The notes under the pieces were generated by a model, which did no database searches, was not told where the DNA came from, and worked only from the letters and a program-made list of their open reading frames with translations. Both the position numbers and the translations under genes were made by a program. 32,000 bases of DNA from NCBI RefSeq assembly GCF_000016745.1, contig NC_009483.1, positions 60,001 to 92,000 on the forward strand. Direction: 5' to 3'. This document shows, piece after piece, positions 15,186 to 25,320 of the stretch. The stretch's first letter is position 1. Each line of letters opens with the position of its first letter. The stretch comes from Geotalea uraniireducens Rf4. Lineage in GTDB: Bacteria > Desulfobacterota > Desulfuromonadia > Geobacterales > Geobacteraceae.

Positions 15186-15952
15186 AAATATTAATTCCAT
15201 TGTTTTGTTGTTTTGTTACGTTGTGCAGTTGCTCAATTGAATTTCTTCTTCCAGAAGGTTGTATCACCATTATGGTTATAGATGAAGAAGGAAAACCAAT
15301 GGAAGGTATTAATGTTGGAATCGGATTTGAAAAAAATACTGGTTCAGGAACAAAAGGTATACCTGTGAGGGGCGTAACCGATTCAATGGGAAAATTTACT
15401 GGTAAGCATAATACACTAGAGGGTGTCCAGTACCGTGCTTATAAAGGGGGGTATTATGAAAGTTCTGGCGAGTATAGATTCAAAAATGAAGTTGGAAAAA
15501 AATGGCAACCCTGGAACCCGGAAATAAAATTGGTTTTGCGCAAAATAGAGAAACCTGTACCTATGTATGCAAGGCAGTTTGTTGGTGTTTTGCCATTGAA
15601 AGACAAAGACATCGGATGCGACTTGATAGCCAATGATTGGGTGAAACCATATGGAAAGGGTACTCACAGCGATATTATCTTTCATCTGAGGAAGCGGTAC
15701 GTAGATGACAGCGATTACAGTGCCGATTTACTGATCAAGTTTTCTGGCAAAAATGACGGTTATATAAAATATGACTTGAACATGTACAACGGCAGTGAAT
15801 TCAAGCTGCCAAGATATGCCCGTGTTGATGGGTATGCAAAGCAATTCGTGCGGCATGTTATCAGACCGCCGGGCAGATCACTCCAGGACGACCGAAACGA
15901 TAACATCGGTTATGTCTTCCGGGTGAGATCATCCGGCTCCTCGACGAATTGA
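15182..15952 (+). CDS. Paralogous lipoprotein (second candidate immunity protein), 3'-truncated by the ISL3 end
   Basis: The lipobox is MKILIPLFCCFVTLCS|C. Blocks shared with 14015..14977 include KKWQPWNPEIKLVL, PVPMYA, DWVKPYGKGTHSDIIF and YVFRVRS. Homology stops at RVRSS, where the ISL3 inverted repeat begins (15935). The paralog continues for ~65 more residues. Confidence 0.75.
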   Translation: MKILIPLFCCFVTLCSCSIEFLLPEGCITIMVIDEEGKPMEGINVGIGFEKNTGSGTKGIPVRGVTDSMGKFTGKHNTLEGVQYRAYKGGYYESSGEYRFKNEVGKKWQPWNPEIKLVLRKIEKPVPMYARQFVGVLPLKDKDIGCDLIANDWVKPYGKGTHSDIIFHLRKRYVDDSDYSADLLIKFSGKNDGYIKYDLNMYNGSEFKLPRYARVDGYAKQFVRHVIRPPGRSLQDDRNDNIGYVFRVRSSGSSTN

Positions 15953-16020
15953 GTGGGTAGCCTGGGCCGGGTTGATGTAAGATAGGCCACCATCACTCAG
16001 CCTGGAGGTTAGTAATCGCT

Positions 16021-16659
16021 ATGAATCCTGAAGATCTTTTTGGTGCTGCTCTTGGAATTGCCATCCCGTGGAAGGTTACCTCTGTTGACTTCAACAAGAA
16101 GTCAAGTCGTTTGGACATAACCATCGACTTCCAGCGGGGAGCCACCTTTCCCTGTCCGGTCTGCGGAACGTTGTCACCAGTCCATGACACCACGGAGAAA
16201 GAGTGGCGGCATCTGAATTTCTTCCAGTACGAAGCCTACCTTCATGCGCGTGTTCCACGGGTAAAGTGCCCTAACAGCGACTGCGGCGTGAAGTTGGTCC
16301 AGGTACCCTGGGCTCGCGCAGGCTCAGGATTTACGCTGCTGTTTGAGGCCCTGGCCATGACCATGGCTCGTGATTTGCCGGTGAAGGTCATGAGCAGGCT
16401 GTTTGCCGTTACCGATACCCGTCTATGGCGGTTGATTCAATCCTATGTCGAGAAGGCAAGGGCCGCAGAAGACTTCTCCGAGGTGAAGAGGGTCGGTGCG
16501 GATGAAACCTTTGCCGGGCGCAGTCATGACGAGAAATTCGTCACCTTCTTCTTCGACCTCGACATGCATAAGCTCTTGTTCGGCACGACGGGAAAGGACA
16601 ACGAAACAGTCAAGAGCTTCGTCGCGGACCTTAAGTCACATGGCGGCGATCCTGATAGC
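16021..16659 (+). pseudogene. ISL3-family transposase, N-terminal fragment
   Basis: The zinc-finger part is CPVCG...CPNSDCG. It is followed by an HTH region and the start of the DDE domain (VGADETFAGRSHDEKFVTFFFDL). The stop at 16660 is supplied by the first bases of the inserted IS21 element. Confidence 0.85.
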
Positions 16660-16776
16660 TGATCAACGTCAACTATTTTTCCCGGTCAACGACAATTATA
16701 ATTCCCGTTTTAAGTGCGGTAGCAGAAACGGAGGGAGCCCGTAGGGCGACCTGCGTTTCCGCTACCAAGCGAACCG

Positions 16777-17028
16777 CTACTCGTGCTGCTGCATAAGCTC
16801 TTTTGCCTTTTTCTGGCTATAGTCAATATCCGCCCTCGATATGTCATACAGCCAGATTGGATACGTATTATCGAGGGCTTTGATGAGAAGCCCGCCGTCG
16901 AAATCCGTGATAGTGGCGACAACACGGGTATTCTCACTGTTTTCGAACCAGGTCGTATTCTCTGCCGTGAGATCCACATCGAGCGTTTCCAGTCGGCCTT
17001 TTTGAGGATTATATACCGTGAATTCCAT
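16777..17028 (-). CDS. 83-aa hypothetical protein, passenger ORF inside the IS21 element
   Basis: The SD AAGGAG overlaps the istB stop (TAAGGAG) and lies 10 nt before the ATG. The ORF is located between istB and the terminal inverted repeat. I recognise no motif in it. Confidence 0.55.
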   Translation of the reverse strand: MEFTVYNPQKGRLETLDVDLTAENTTWFENSENTRVVATITDFDGGLLIKALDNTYPIWLYDISRADIDYSQKKAKELMQQHE

Positions 17029-17042
17029 ACGTTCTCAGCTCC

Positions 17043-17870
17043 TTAACCCGCCGTGTTTTGTTCCTGCGGCTCTGCTTGAGCCGATTGGACAGCAACGGTT
17101 TCCTTTGATTTTTGGGATTGCTCCAATCTGTAACTGGATAAGTTCAGCTCCAGGATAACGCTGTGATGGACCAATCGGTCAATTGCTGCTGCCGTGGTCA
17201 TGGGATCTTTAAAAATCTGCTCCCATTTGGAGAACGGCAAATTGCTGGTGATCATTATGCTGCTGCGCTCATAGCGGTCGGCAAGAAGAGTGAAGAGAAC
17301 TTCCATCTCTTCCCGGCTTTGCTGCACGTAGCCGATGTCGTCAATGATCAGGGCTTCATACTTCGCGTACTGCTTGAGAACACGCGCCAGTTTCAGGTCC
17401 CGTTTCGCGATCAGAAGTTCCTGCACCAGCAGGTTGCAGGGGATAAAACGGATCTGCCGTCCCTGGTAAATCAACTCCTGAGCGATCGCGCATACGAGAT
17501 GAGTCTTGCCGCTGCCGGGATTGCCAAATGCCAGTACGTTCTCTCTATGCTCAAGAAAGTCTCCTTTCAACAGGAGATTGAGCTGTGCATCCACCTTCCG
17601 GGGCAGACGCTTGCGGTCAAAGGCTTTCAGACTTTTTTCCAAGGGAAGTTTTGATTCCCTGAGCAGGCGGGCAATTCGATTGTTTTGCCGGTCCTCACAT
17701 TCGCGTTCGGCTAATTCATAAAGATAGGTTTCGTAATCCCAGTTGTCTCGCCGGGCATTGATGGCCTCGTCCTGATAGCAGCGCCGCACGGTGGGCAAGT
17801 GTAACTCTTTGAGGCGCCGGTCCAGGCGGCCGGCTTTTTCACCTTCACACTGCATATGACACCTCCTCAT
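17043..17870 (-). CDS. istB: IS21-family helper ATPase IstB
   Basis: Walker A is GNPGSGKTH and Walker B is LIIDDIGY, in a DnaA/IstB-like AAA+ layout. It overlaps the end of istA. The true start may be the Met at codon 6. Confidence 0.9.
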   Translation of the reverse strand: MRRCHMQCEGEKAGRLDRRLKELHLPTVRRCYQDEAINARRDNWDYETYLYELAERECEDRQNNRIARLLRESKLPLEKSLKAFDRKRLPRKVDAQLNLLLKGDFLEHRENVLAFGNPGSGKTHLVCAIAQELIYQGRQIRFIPCNLLVQELLIAKRDLKLARVLKQYAKYEALIIDDIGYVQQSREEMEVLFTLLADRYERSSIMITSNLPFSKWEQIFKDPMTTAAAIDRLVHHSVILELNLSSYRLEQSQKSKETVAVQSAQAEPQEQNTAG

Positions 17871-19353
17871 TCAACAGGAGACGATCATAAGCGGCCAGGT
17901 CCACCTGAGCGATACTGACTTCGGCAACAGGGGACGGCGGCTGTTGTTTGTGAAGGATTTCTTCCACGGCACAGGCAGTGATCGGTTGCCGGCCGCAGAG
18001 ATCAGAAAGGGCTGCTCCTACGGCTGTTTCGCTCTCCATGGCTGCCATGCGCAATATTTTTAGGTATTCCCTGACGGCCTGCTGCGGCGTATGCCGCTCT
18101 TTGAGTTCATCATAGGCAAGCCGGAAATAGCTGCCGGGAAACATCTCTTCCCGGTAGCGGTAGTTCTCGAACGCCCCCGGCTTACGCTCCAGTTGGTCGA
18201 TCATGTGCCGGTAATTGATCAGATGCCGATTTTCCCCGCGCAAGCGGGGAAGCGTGTCCACACACTTTTGGGCATAGAAAAGATCGAGATGTTCGGCAAA
18301 AAGGTGAACCTGAATGGTTTCACCGATCAATCTGCTTTCAACCGAGTAGACGTTGTGGTTGACGCGGATGGTGCTGCTCGGGCCGACGCTGACGGATAGG
18401 CGCTTGCAGCTTTCCAGGCGCTGATCCGGGAGGCTGTGCAAGACCCGTTGTTCTTCCAGAAACCGTTCACGGCGGCCGCTGTTTAATCTGGCGAAGAGTT
18501 TTTTCAGAAATTGCTTGTAGTCGTCGAGAGTGGCGAAATCAGCGCCTCCTCGCAGCAACAGAGCCTGCTGGACCGCTTTTTTGAGCCGATAGTTGCTCTG
18601 CTCCACATCTCCATTTTCATTGGGGCTTGCTGCCTGTGTTTTGCGCCCGGTGAGTCCGTAGTGTTTGAGCAGCGCCTGGTAGCGTTGGGTAAATTCATCC
18701 GGGTGCAGGGCTTTTTGCACCGCTGCCGTCAGCCGGTCTGTCTGGTGAGTCTGCGGCACACCGCCCAGTTCCCATAATGCGGCCTGTAGCCCTTCGCTGA
18801 GGCTTTCGAAGCTTTCTGAGAAGCAGACGCTGCCCGTTTCCCAGTTGGAGTAGGTCAGCACAAAATGATACAGCAGATGGTCAAATGGCTGATTGGCGAT
18901 GGTGATTCCCAGTTTCTCCATGTGTGTGTAATCCGACTGCGCCAGTTCGCCGGGGCGGTGCAGTTGGGGGAAAAAGATTTCCTGGGAAGGCCCCTCCAGG
19001 GCACGCCAGCGCTTAATCCGTCGCTGGAGAGTCCGTAATTGCCCGTCCGAAAACTTGCCGGGAAAGCGGTTCTGCAAGTCATCGAAAAGAGTTTTTGCTT
19101 CAAATCCCGGATTTGAAGCAAGGTTTTCGCGGACTTCATCCCAAATGTCTTCGAAAGGATCTGGCCGGGTCCGCCATGTTCGCTCTTTTATGAGCTCACT
19201 TGGCAACCTGCCTGTCTTTAGATACTTTCGAGCAGTTTTTTCGTCCATGCCAGATTTGGCTGCGGCTACAGCTTGTGTTTTTTCCGTTTGCATCAGCTTG
19301 AATAACCTCCTTACCTGTTGATCAGTTACCATCCGTGCCATCCTTTTTTCCAA
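17845..19353 (-). CDS. istA: IS21-family transposase IstA
   Basis: The product is 502 aa with an N-terminal HTH (AAAKSGMDEKTARKYLK) and a DDE core region (AQSDYTHM...LTYSNWE...). It lies upstream of and overlaps istB. Confidence 0.88.
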   Translation of the reverse strand: MEKRMARMVTDQQVRRLFKLMQTEKTQAVAAAKSGMDEKTARKYLKTGRLPSELIKERTWRTRPDPFEDIWDEVRENLASNPGFEAKTLFDDLQNRFPGKFSDGQLRTLQRRIKRWRALEGPSQEIFFPQLHRPGELAQSDYTHMEKLGITIANQPFDHLLYHFVLTYSNWETGSVCFSESFESLSEGLQAALWELGGVPQTHQTDRLTAAVQKALHPDEFTQRYQALLKHYGLTGRKTQAASPNENGDVEQSNYRLKKAVQQALLLRGGADFATLDDYKQFLKKLFARLNSGRRERFLEEQRVLHSLPDQRLESCKRLSVSVGPSSTIRVNHNVYSVESRLIGETIQVHLFAEHLDLFYAQKCVDTLPRLRGENRHLINYRHMIDQLERKPGAFENYRYREEMFPGSYFRLAYDELKERHTPQQAVREYLKILRMAAMESETAVGAALSDLCGRQPITACAVEEILHKQQPPSPVAEVSIAQVDLAAYDRLLLNEEVSYAV

Positions 19354-19435
19354 AGATGGTGGATAGTTTACAATTCCACAAATTACCGGGAATTATAATT
19401 GTCGTCAGGCGGGAGTTTTAATTGTCGCTGATCAT

Positions 19436-20044
19436 GATAGCATCACAGACGCTGCTATTGACATGTCCAAGGCATTCATAAAGGGTGTCAAAGAGCAGTT
19501 GCCCCATGCCGTGGTCACCTTCGATAAATTCCACGTCATCAAGCTTATGAACGATAAGCTTAGTAAGATAAGGGCTCAAGAAGCCAGGTTATTTCCTGAA
19601 ATCCTGAAAAAGAGCAGAAACCTGTTCCTCAAAAATCCAGAGAACCTGACACCGGAAGAGGAACAGCGCCTGGATGCCATTATCACCAGTCAAAGCTTAA
19701 GGAGTACGGAAGCTTACATGCACAAGCTGAACCTTCAGAACGTCTATTTTGCTTCAAGCCGAACGGAGGCAGAAACCCTGTTGACCAAATGGCATCGGAA
19801 AGCCGCCGCAAGCTCAATCCAACTCATCAAGAACATGGCCGAATCTGTAAAAGAGCATTGGGATGGCATTCTGGCACATTTTGAAAGCGGCCTGACTAGC
19901 GGCTTCATTGAGGGCATCAACAGCCTAATTCAATCAGCCAAAACTCGGGCACGAGGCTATCGGAATCCTGACAACTTGATCTGCATGGCTTATCTGGTTG
20001 CAGGCAAGCTCAACCTAAAGTCGCTATTCCCTCTACCCACTTGA
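19436..20044 (+). pseudogene. ISL3-family transposase, C-terminal fragment
   Basis: AITDAAIDMSKAFIKGVKEQLPHAVVTFDKFHVIKLMN...RARGYRNPDNLICMAYL is the DDE_Tnp_ISL3 C-terminal half. It resumes directly after the IS21 target duplication but is offset by 1 nt from the N-terminal fragment's frame. Confidence 0.85.
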
Positions 20045-20058
20045 TTCGTTGCAGAGCC

Positions 20059-20216
20059 GGTTTCATCGAGGGTATCAACAGCCTCATCCAATCAGCCAAA
20101 ACTCGGGCACGAGGGTATCGGAATCCTGACAACTTGATCTGCATTGCTTACCTGGTTGCAGGCAAGCTCAACCTTAAATCGCTATACCCTCTACCCACTT
20201 GATTCGTTGCAGAGCC
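20059..20216 (+). mobile_element. 158-bp right-end fragment of a second, diverged ISL3 copy
   Basis: It aligns with 19901-20058 with about 11 substitutions (about 93 percent identity by eye). It includes the terminal inverted repeat ...CCCTCTACCCACTTGATTCGTTGCAGAGCC. It abuts the full copy on its left and the giant gene on its right. Confidence 0.85.
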
Positions 20217-23200
20217 ATAAAGTGTTTGTAGATCGAACTCTCCCCGTTGCCATTATCAATCATCCAGCCGTCAACGAGAAAGCCTGCCCTGTCAAGATGA
20301 CCGACTCTCAAGGAAGCTGGGTCGGAATAGAAGTCGGGGGTGTCGTTGCTGACAATATAAAGGTAAAGCGATACGAATTGTATTATGGAATCGGTGATAA
20401 TCCGAGTGAATGGTATCCAGCCATGACTGGAAACGGCAGTCAGGCCAAGCCGATTGCCGGAATAATACCGGTAAATGGCAGGATAGGAATGTGGAATGTT
20501 AGCAATCTCAATGCTACGAGATTAACCCTCAGACTGAAGGTCGTCGATGAGGCAGGAAACGTCAGCTGCGACATCAAAACCTTTTCGGTCGACACCATGG
20601 GGGCATTGACGCTATCAACAGAACGGAATTTATTTTCCCCAAATACTGATGGAATAGCGGATGAGGTTACTGCTGCTTTTCATCTGGACAAAAATGCCAC
20701 GATCCAGGCACAGGTCTTCGGATTTATTAATGGAACCGTACTTGAGACTTCTCCGGTAAGATCTGTAGTCTCCGGTCGGCAACATCTTGCCGGAACCGGA
20801 TCGGTGGTCTGGAACGGAATGAACGATGCCGGTTCAGCGGTCCGGGATGGTCGTTATGGAATAGCGATCACTGCTGTCGATGCCTGTGGCAATACAACCA
20901 TGAAATGGAGCGCTGTGGAAGTGGATAATACGCCTCCTCTGGTTGCAATCAGCTATCCATCCCTGAGTTTACCTCTTCCGCCGGGTAATATCATTGAGGT
21001 TAAAGGTACAGTTACAGATCTTCACTTAAAATCGTTTTTGGTTGAGGCAGGGGCAGGAGATATGCCTGCTGCATGGACGCCGATTACGACGAGTACTACC
21101 CAAGTGAACGGTGGGGTCCTGGCTGTATGGAGCACGGTGGGACTGGAGGGCCGATGGACTCTCAGGGTTTCCGCAGAGGATGCGATTGGAAACCAAACTG
21201 TCATTACTGCTCCGATTGATCTGGGAATCCGCAGTTCCTTGGTCAAGAGCCTGAATGCTGTACCTCCACTTTTCTCTCCAAACAATGACCAGAAGCTCGA
21301 TGTTACCCGTATAGATTATGAAGTTGCGGATACCTGCCAGATCAAGTTGGAAGTCGTAGATGGCACAGGGCAGGTAGTTAGGAGCCAGCTGTTTGCCGGG
21401 ATTGCCGCCGGGGTACACAGCTACTCCTGGGATGGAAAAAACAATAATGGCGTAATCCTTAACGATGGCCAGTATACTTTGCGTCTGACGGCGACTCTTG
21501 CTACTGATCCGCTGGTGTCCCAATCCGAAAGCATTACCGTGACTCTCGATAATGCCGCTCCTGTCATAACCATTGCTGAACCCGCAGACAAGGCATTTCT
21601 CAATAGGACTGATGTGGCCATCATTGGATCGATCAACGATCCTAACCTGCTGGATTACTCACTCTCACTGTCCGGATCAGCTAGCGCCAGTGTAGATAAA
21701 GGGAATACTAACCGTGCCAATTACTCCTTCGACGTCATAAAGGATCTAGCCGAGGGAACCTACACTATTTTGGGCGAGGTAAAAGACCGGGCTGAAAATC
21801 AGACTTCCGTGCAGCGATCCTTTAGTATTGATAGGACCCCCCCCAAGGTGACCCTGGAAGCTCCTAAAGGAGGCGAATACTTCGGGAATTCCCGGAATGT
21901 AGTCAATATAACCGGGACCATAACAGAGGCAAACCTGCAGCGCTACAGCATGCGTTATGGAGTGGGCGAGGTTCCGACTGTCTGGCAGGAAATCATGGGT
22001 GGAGATTCACTGCCGACATCCCCGCTCACTGCCGCCTGGAAAGTTGGCCCCGCCGACGGCATTGCCGACGGCACCTATACAGTATCCTTATATGCAATAG
22101 ACAAAGCCGGATTGGAGGCTGAGGTAAAGGCAAGAATATTCATTGACAACACTCCACCGACAGTAACGATTTCCTCCCTAAAGGACGGTGATTATGTAAA
22201 GGGTGCTTTGGACATCAAGGGTAGCGTGACTGATGCCAATCTAGACACGGGAACTCTGGAGATTTCAGAGGGGCTGTGCAGTGTGGCTTACAAGTGGGTT
22301 TCGCTCAAAACTTTCTCAGATCCTGTTAATAATGGGCTGTTACAGTCATGGAAAGCGGTGCCTTCCGATGGAATTTATTGTTTGAAATTGTCCGCATCTG
22401 ACAAATCAGGCAACAAGAATGAAACAAAAATATCATTCAAAATCGACACCCATCCTCCAACCTCGCCTCATCTTTCAGGAAGAGTCGAGAACAAAACCGA
22501 CAATGTTTTGACCTGGACCAGAAATACCGAACCTGACCTAGCCGGTTACAATATCTACCTCAATGGAAGCAAACCTAATACTACTGTACTTTCGGATAAC
22601 CAGTACACCGCCAGTGGCCTTGCAGAAGGAGAGTATGCCTATACCGTCAAGGCGGTAGACTTCGCCGGCAATGAGAGCGAGCCATCCAATATCGTCAAGC
22701 TCAGGATTGACTTGACTGGTCCCAGTGTTCGTATTTCTTCACCACAAGAAGGCGCTAAGGTGGGTGGCCTTGTCGATGTCAAAGGAACTGCCTACAGCAG
22801 TGATGATTTCAAAGAGTATCGGGTGTATGTGGGGCAGGGGGCTGCTCCTCTCCAGTGGACCTTGCTGAGAAAGTCTCCCGTTCCAGTGTCATACGGAAAC
22901 CTTGCAGAGTGGGATGCTTCAGGGATTCTCGGAAGCATTTATGCGGTGAAGCTGGAGGCGGAAGATGTTTCCGGCAATATAGCTACCCTTACATCTACCT
23001 TCACAATAGATCAAACTGCCCCTGCTCCTCCTCGGCTAATTTCCGCGGATCCTGCAGGTTCAGATGTTATCCTGTCCTGGGAAGCCAGTCCTGATTTAGA
23101 TGTGGCTGGATATCTTTTGTTCCGAAACGGTCAGATTGCAAATCTTCCAGGCGGCACGACTGATTTGAAGCCGTACCTTCTGAGTACTTCACCCTATACT

Positions 23201-25320
23201 GATAAAGCCCTTCCTGACGGGAAATACTCCTACTATCTCGTGGCTTTGGATTACGCGGGAAATATGAGCCTTCCGTCCGAAATACGCACGGCCACTATTG
23301 ATGTTCGCAGACCAAAAGCGACAATTGTGGCTCCAGAAAATGGCGCCAAGATTGATAGTGCCGTAGCCGTCAAAGCGGAATGCCCCGATAGGGACGTCGT
23401 ATCGGTACAATTCAGATACAAGAAATCAACAGATACAGCTTGGCTCGATTTGGGAGGACCTGTTGTCAGGACACCCTATGTCACAAATTTTGACCCACTG
23501 ACATTGGGGCTTCTCTATGGTGACTATCAAATTGCGGCGGCGGCTTCCGATGCAACCGGCGTCGATCCTGCGCCTGCTTTTATCATGATCTCCTATACGG
23601 ATCTAACACCTCCTGCCCAACCTCAAAATCTGCGTGCGTTAACTGATGGTGCCAACGTAAATCTTACCTGGGATCCTGCCGCAGAACCGAATGTTACCAG
23701 CAATATTTACAGGCTTTCCTCCTTTGGATGGGAAAAGATTAATGCTTCGCAAGTCACCGGCGTCGTTTACCAAGATGCCGGTCTTGCAGACGGCACATAC
23801 TCCTATCGCATCACTGCGGTTGATGCGTACGGCAACGAAAGCATTCCCTCTGAAGAGGTTGCTGCATCGATTTATGCCCCGGTCATCCTGCAGCCGTTCA
23901 CTCCAACGACTCTTAGGGCATTGACACTTGAAGGCAATAATGCCGGGGCGGATGCCCGTGTCGAGATTCTTACAGAGGGTGCCTCCGCTCCGGTAGCGGT
24001 AGCTACGGCTGATGTCAACGGTAAATTTGTTGTCAGTGATTTTCCTCTTGTCGCCGGAGAAAACCGCATTACAGCAAGAGCGGTAACAGCTGGAGGCACC
24101 AGTCGACCTTCCGAAGCAGTCATAGTGATACAGGATGATGCTCCGTCAGCACCAACAGGACTTACTGGAGTTGTAGACGGATACAATGTCCACCTTGGAT
24201 GGAATCAGAATCTTGAACCCGATCTGGCTGGTTACCGGATTTACCACGATGGAATCAACTTGGTTCCTTCCACTATTCTGACTCCTGGAGAAGTGACGGC
24301 TTCATCATCCTATGTTGTAAATCCGCCGGAATATGTTTTTGACAGTGACCCTCGTACCGTCTGGGTTTCCGATTATGCTTTTAATGTCTTCCCTGAGGTC
24401 TGGTTCCAGGTAGGGATGGCATCGGCAACTCTGATCAACAAAGTGGAGGTGACTTGGTTTGATGCAAACACCACGGGGAAAGATTTTGTCATTCAAGCAT
24501 GGACAGGATATGCCTGGGTAGATTTGGCTCGGGTATCCGGTAATGCTGATAAGACTAATAGCGTTGAGTTTCGCCCGTATCGGACGGACAAGATCCGGCT
24601 GCTCATAACTGCTACGAATGGTACTGGTAGAATCAAGCAGGTCGCAATTTCAGACCTGAAGATCTTCAGCGAAAACCTTGTAACAAGTACCATCTATGAT
24701 GATCTCAATCTGCCCGACAAGATGTATGAGTACAAGGTATCTGCTATAGACACCAACGGTTTTGAAAGCCCACTCAGCGATCCGTTCAGTGCGGCGGTCG
24801 GAGATGTGACCCCTCCAGAGGCCCCTGTTCTCATTGCGACGACTACCGGATCATTAGTTTCTCTGGGTTGGGTTGGGCCAGAAACAGACGTAGCCGGATA
24901 TGTAATTTATCGCAAATCAACAGAGGGCTGGACTCGACTGAACGCTGAACTTATAAATGGCACTACCTTCAGCGAGATGTTGGGCAATGGGGTATACACC
25001 TATAAAGTTACCGCAGTCGATGCCGCGTCAAACGAGAGTGCTGCCTCAAACGAAGCAACGGCAACCGTGTCCATTGCCGCTCCCCCGGCACCAATTAATG
25101 TCGCTATTGTTGCTGACTCGAGCGGCGGGAGGTTGACTGTGTCTTGGGACAATCCAGGAGGAAGTGCTGTTTCTTTTAACATATATCGGGGGATGACAAC
25201 AGGAGGTGCATATACTAAGGCAAATAATGCTCCTATCACATCATTTTCTTTTACTGATATCGGTCTTAACAACGGGCAGACTTATTTTTATGTAGTTACG
25301 GCAATTGATGCAATGTGGAA
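20217..25320 (+). pseudogene. Giant surface protein, upstream segment (5' end removed by ISL3, 3' end cut by IS1595): FlgD-Ig-like, Ig-like, Fn3 and discoidin (F5/8 type C) domains
   Basis: The track ORF 20144..25384 begins inside ISL3-derived sequence. FlgD-Ig-like repeats include LFSPNTDGIADEVTAAFHL...VVWNGMNDAGSAVRDGRYGI. Fn3 repeats with the xxDLAGYxIY...Y.YTVKAVDFAGNES pattern recur. A discoidin-like block spans about 24290-24670. Confidence 0.8.

Larger units (their letters stand above)
16660..19433 (-). mobile_element. IS21-family insertion sequence (2774 bp) with istA, istB and an extra small ORF
   Basis: Both ends read TGATCA, giving TG...CA termini. The ~48-bp imperfect inverted repeats each contain two copies of a CGACAATT/CGTCAACT-type subrepeat. 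The flanking 7-bp direct repeat is TGATAGC (16653-16659 and 19434-19440). Confidence 0.85.
15935..20058 (+). mobile_element. ISL3-family insertion sequence carrying a nested IS21-family element
   Basis: The left inverted repeat is GGCTCCTCGACGAATTGAGTGGGTAG (15935-). The right inverted repeat is the reverse complement of GGCTCTGCAACGAATCAAGTGGGTAGAGG and ends at 20058. No matching 8-bp target duplication is present (GATCATCC on the left versus sequence from another ISL3 copy on the right). Confidence 0.8.

Noticed and set aside
20144-20216. ATG at 20144 as the start of giant gene 2
   Set aside because: The first 24 codons are the terminal sequence of an ISL3 fragment (a duplicate of 19986-20058). 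The ORF start is therefore an artefact of read-through from IS DNA.
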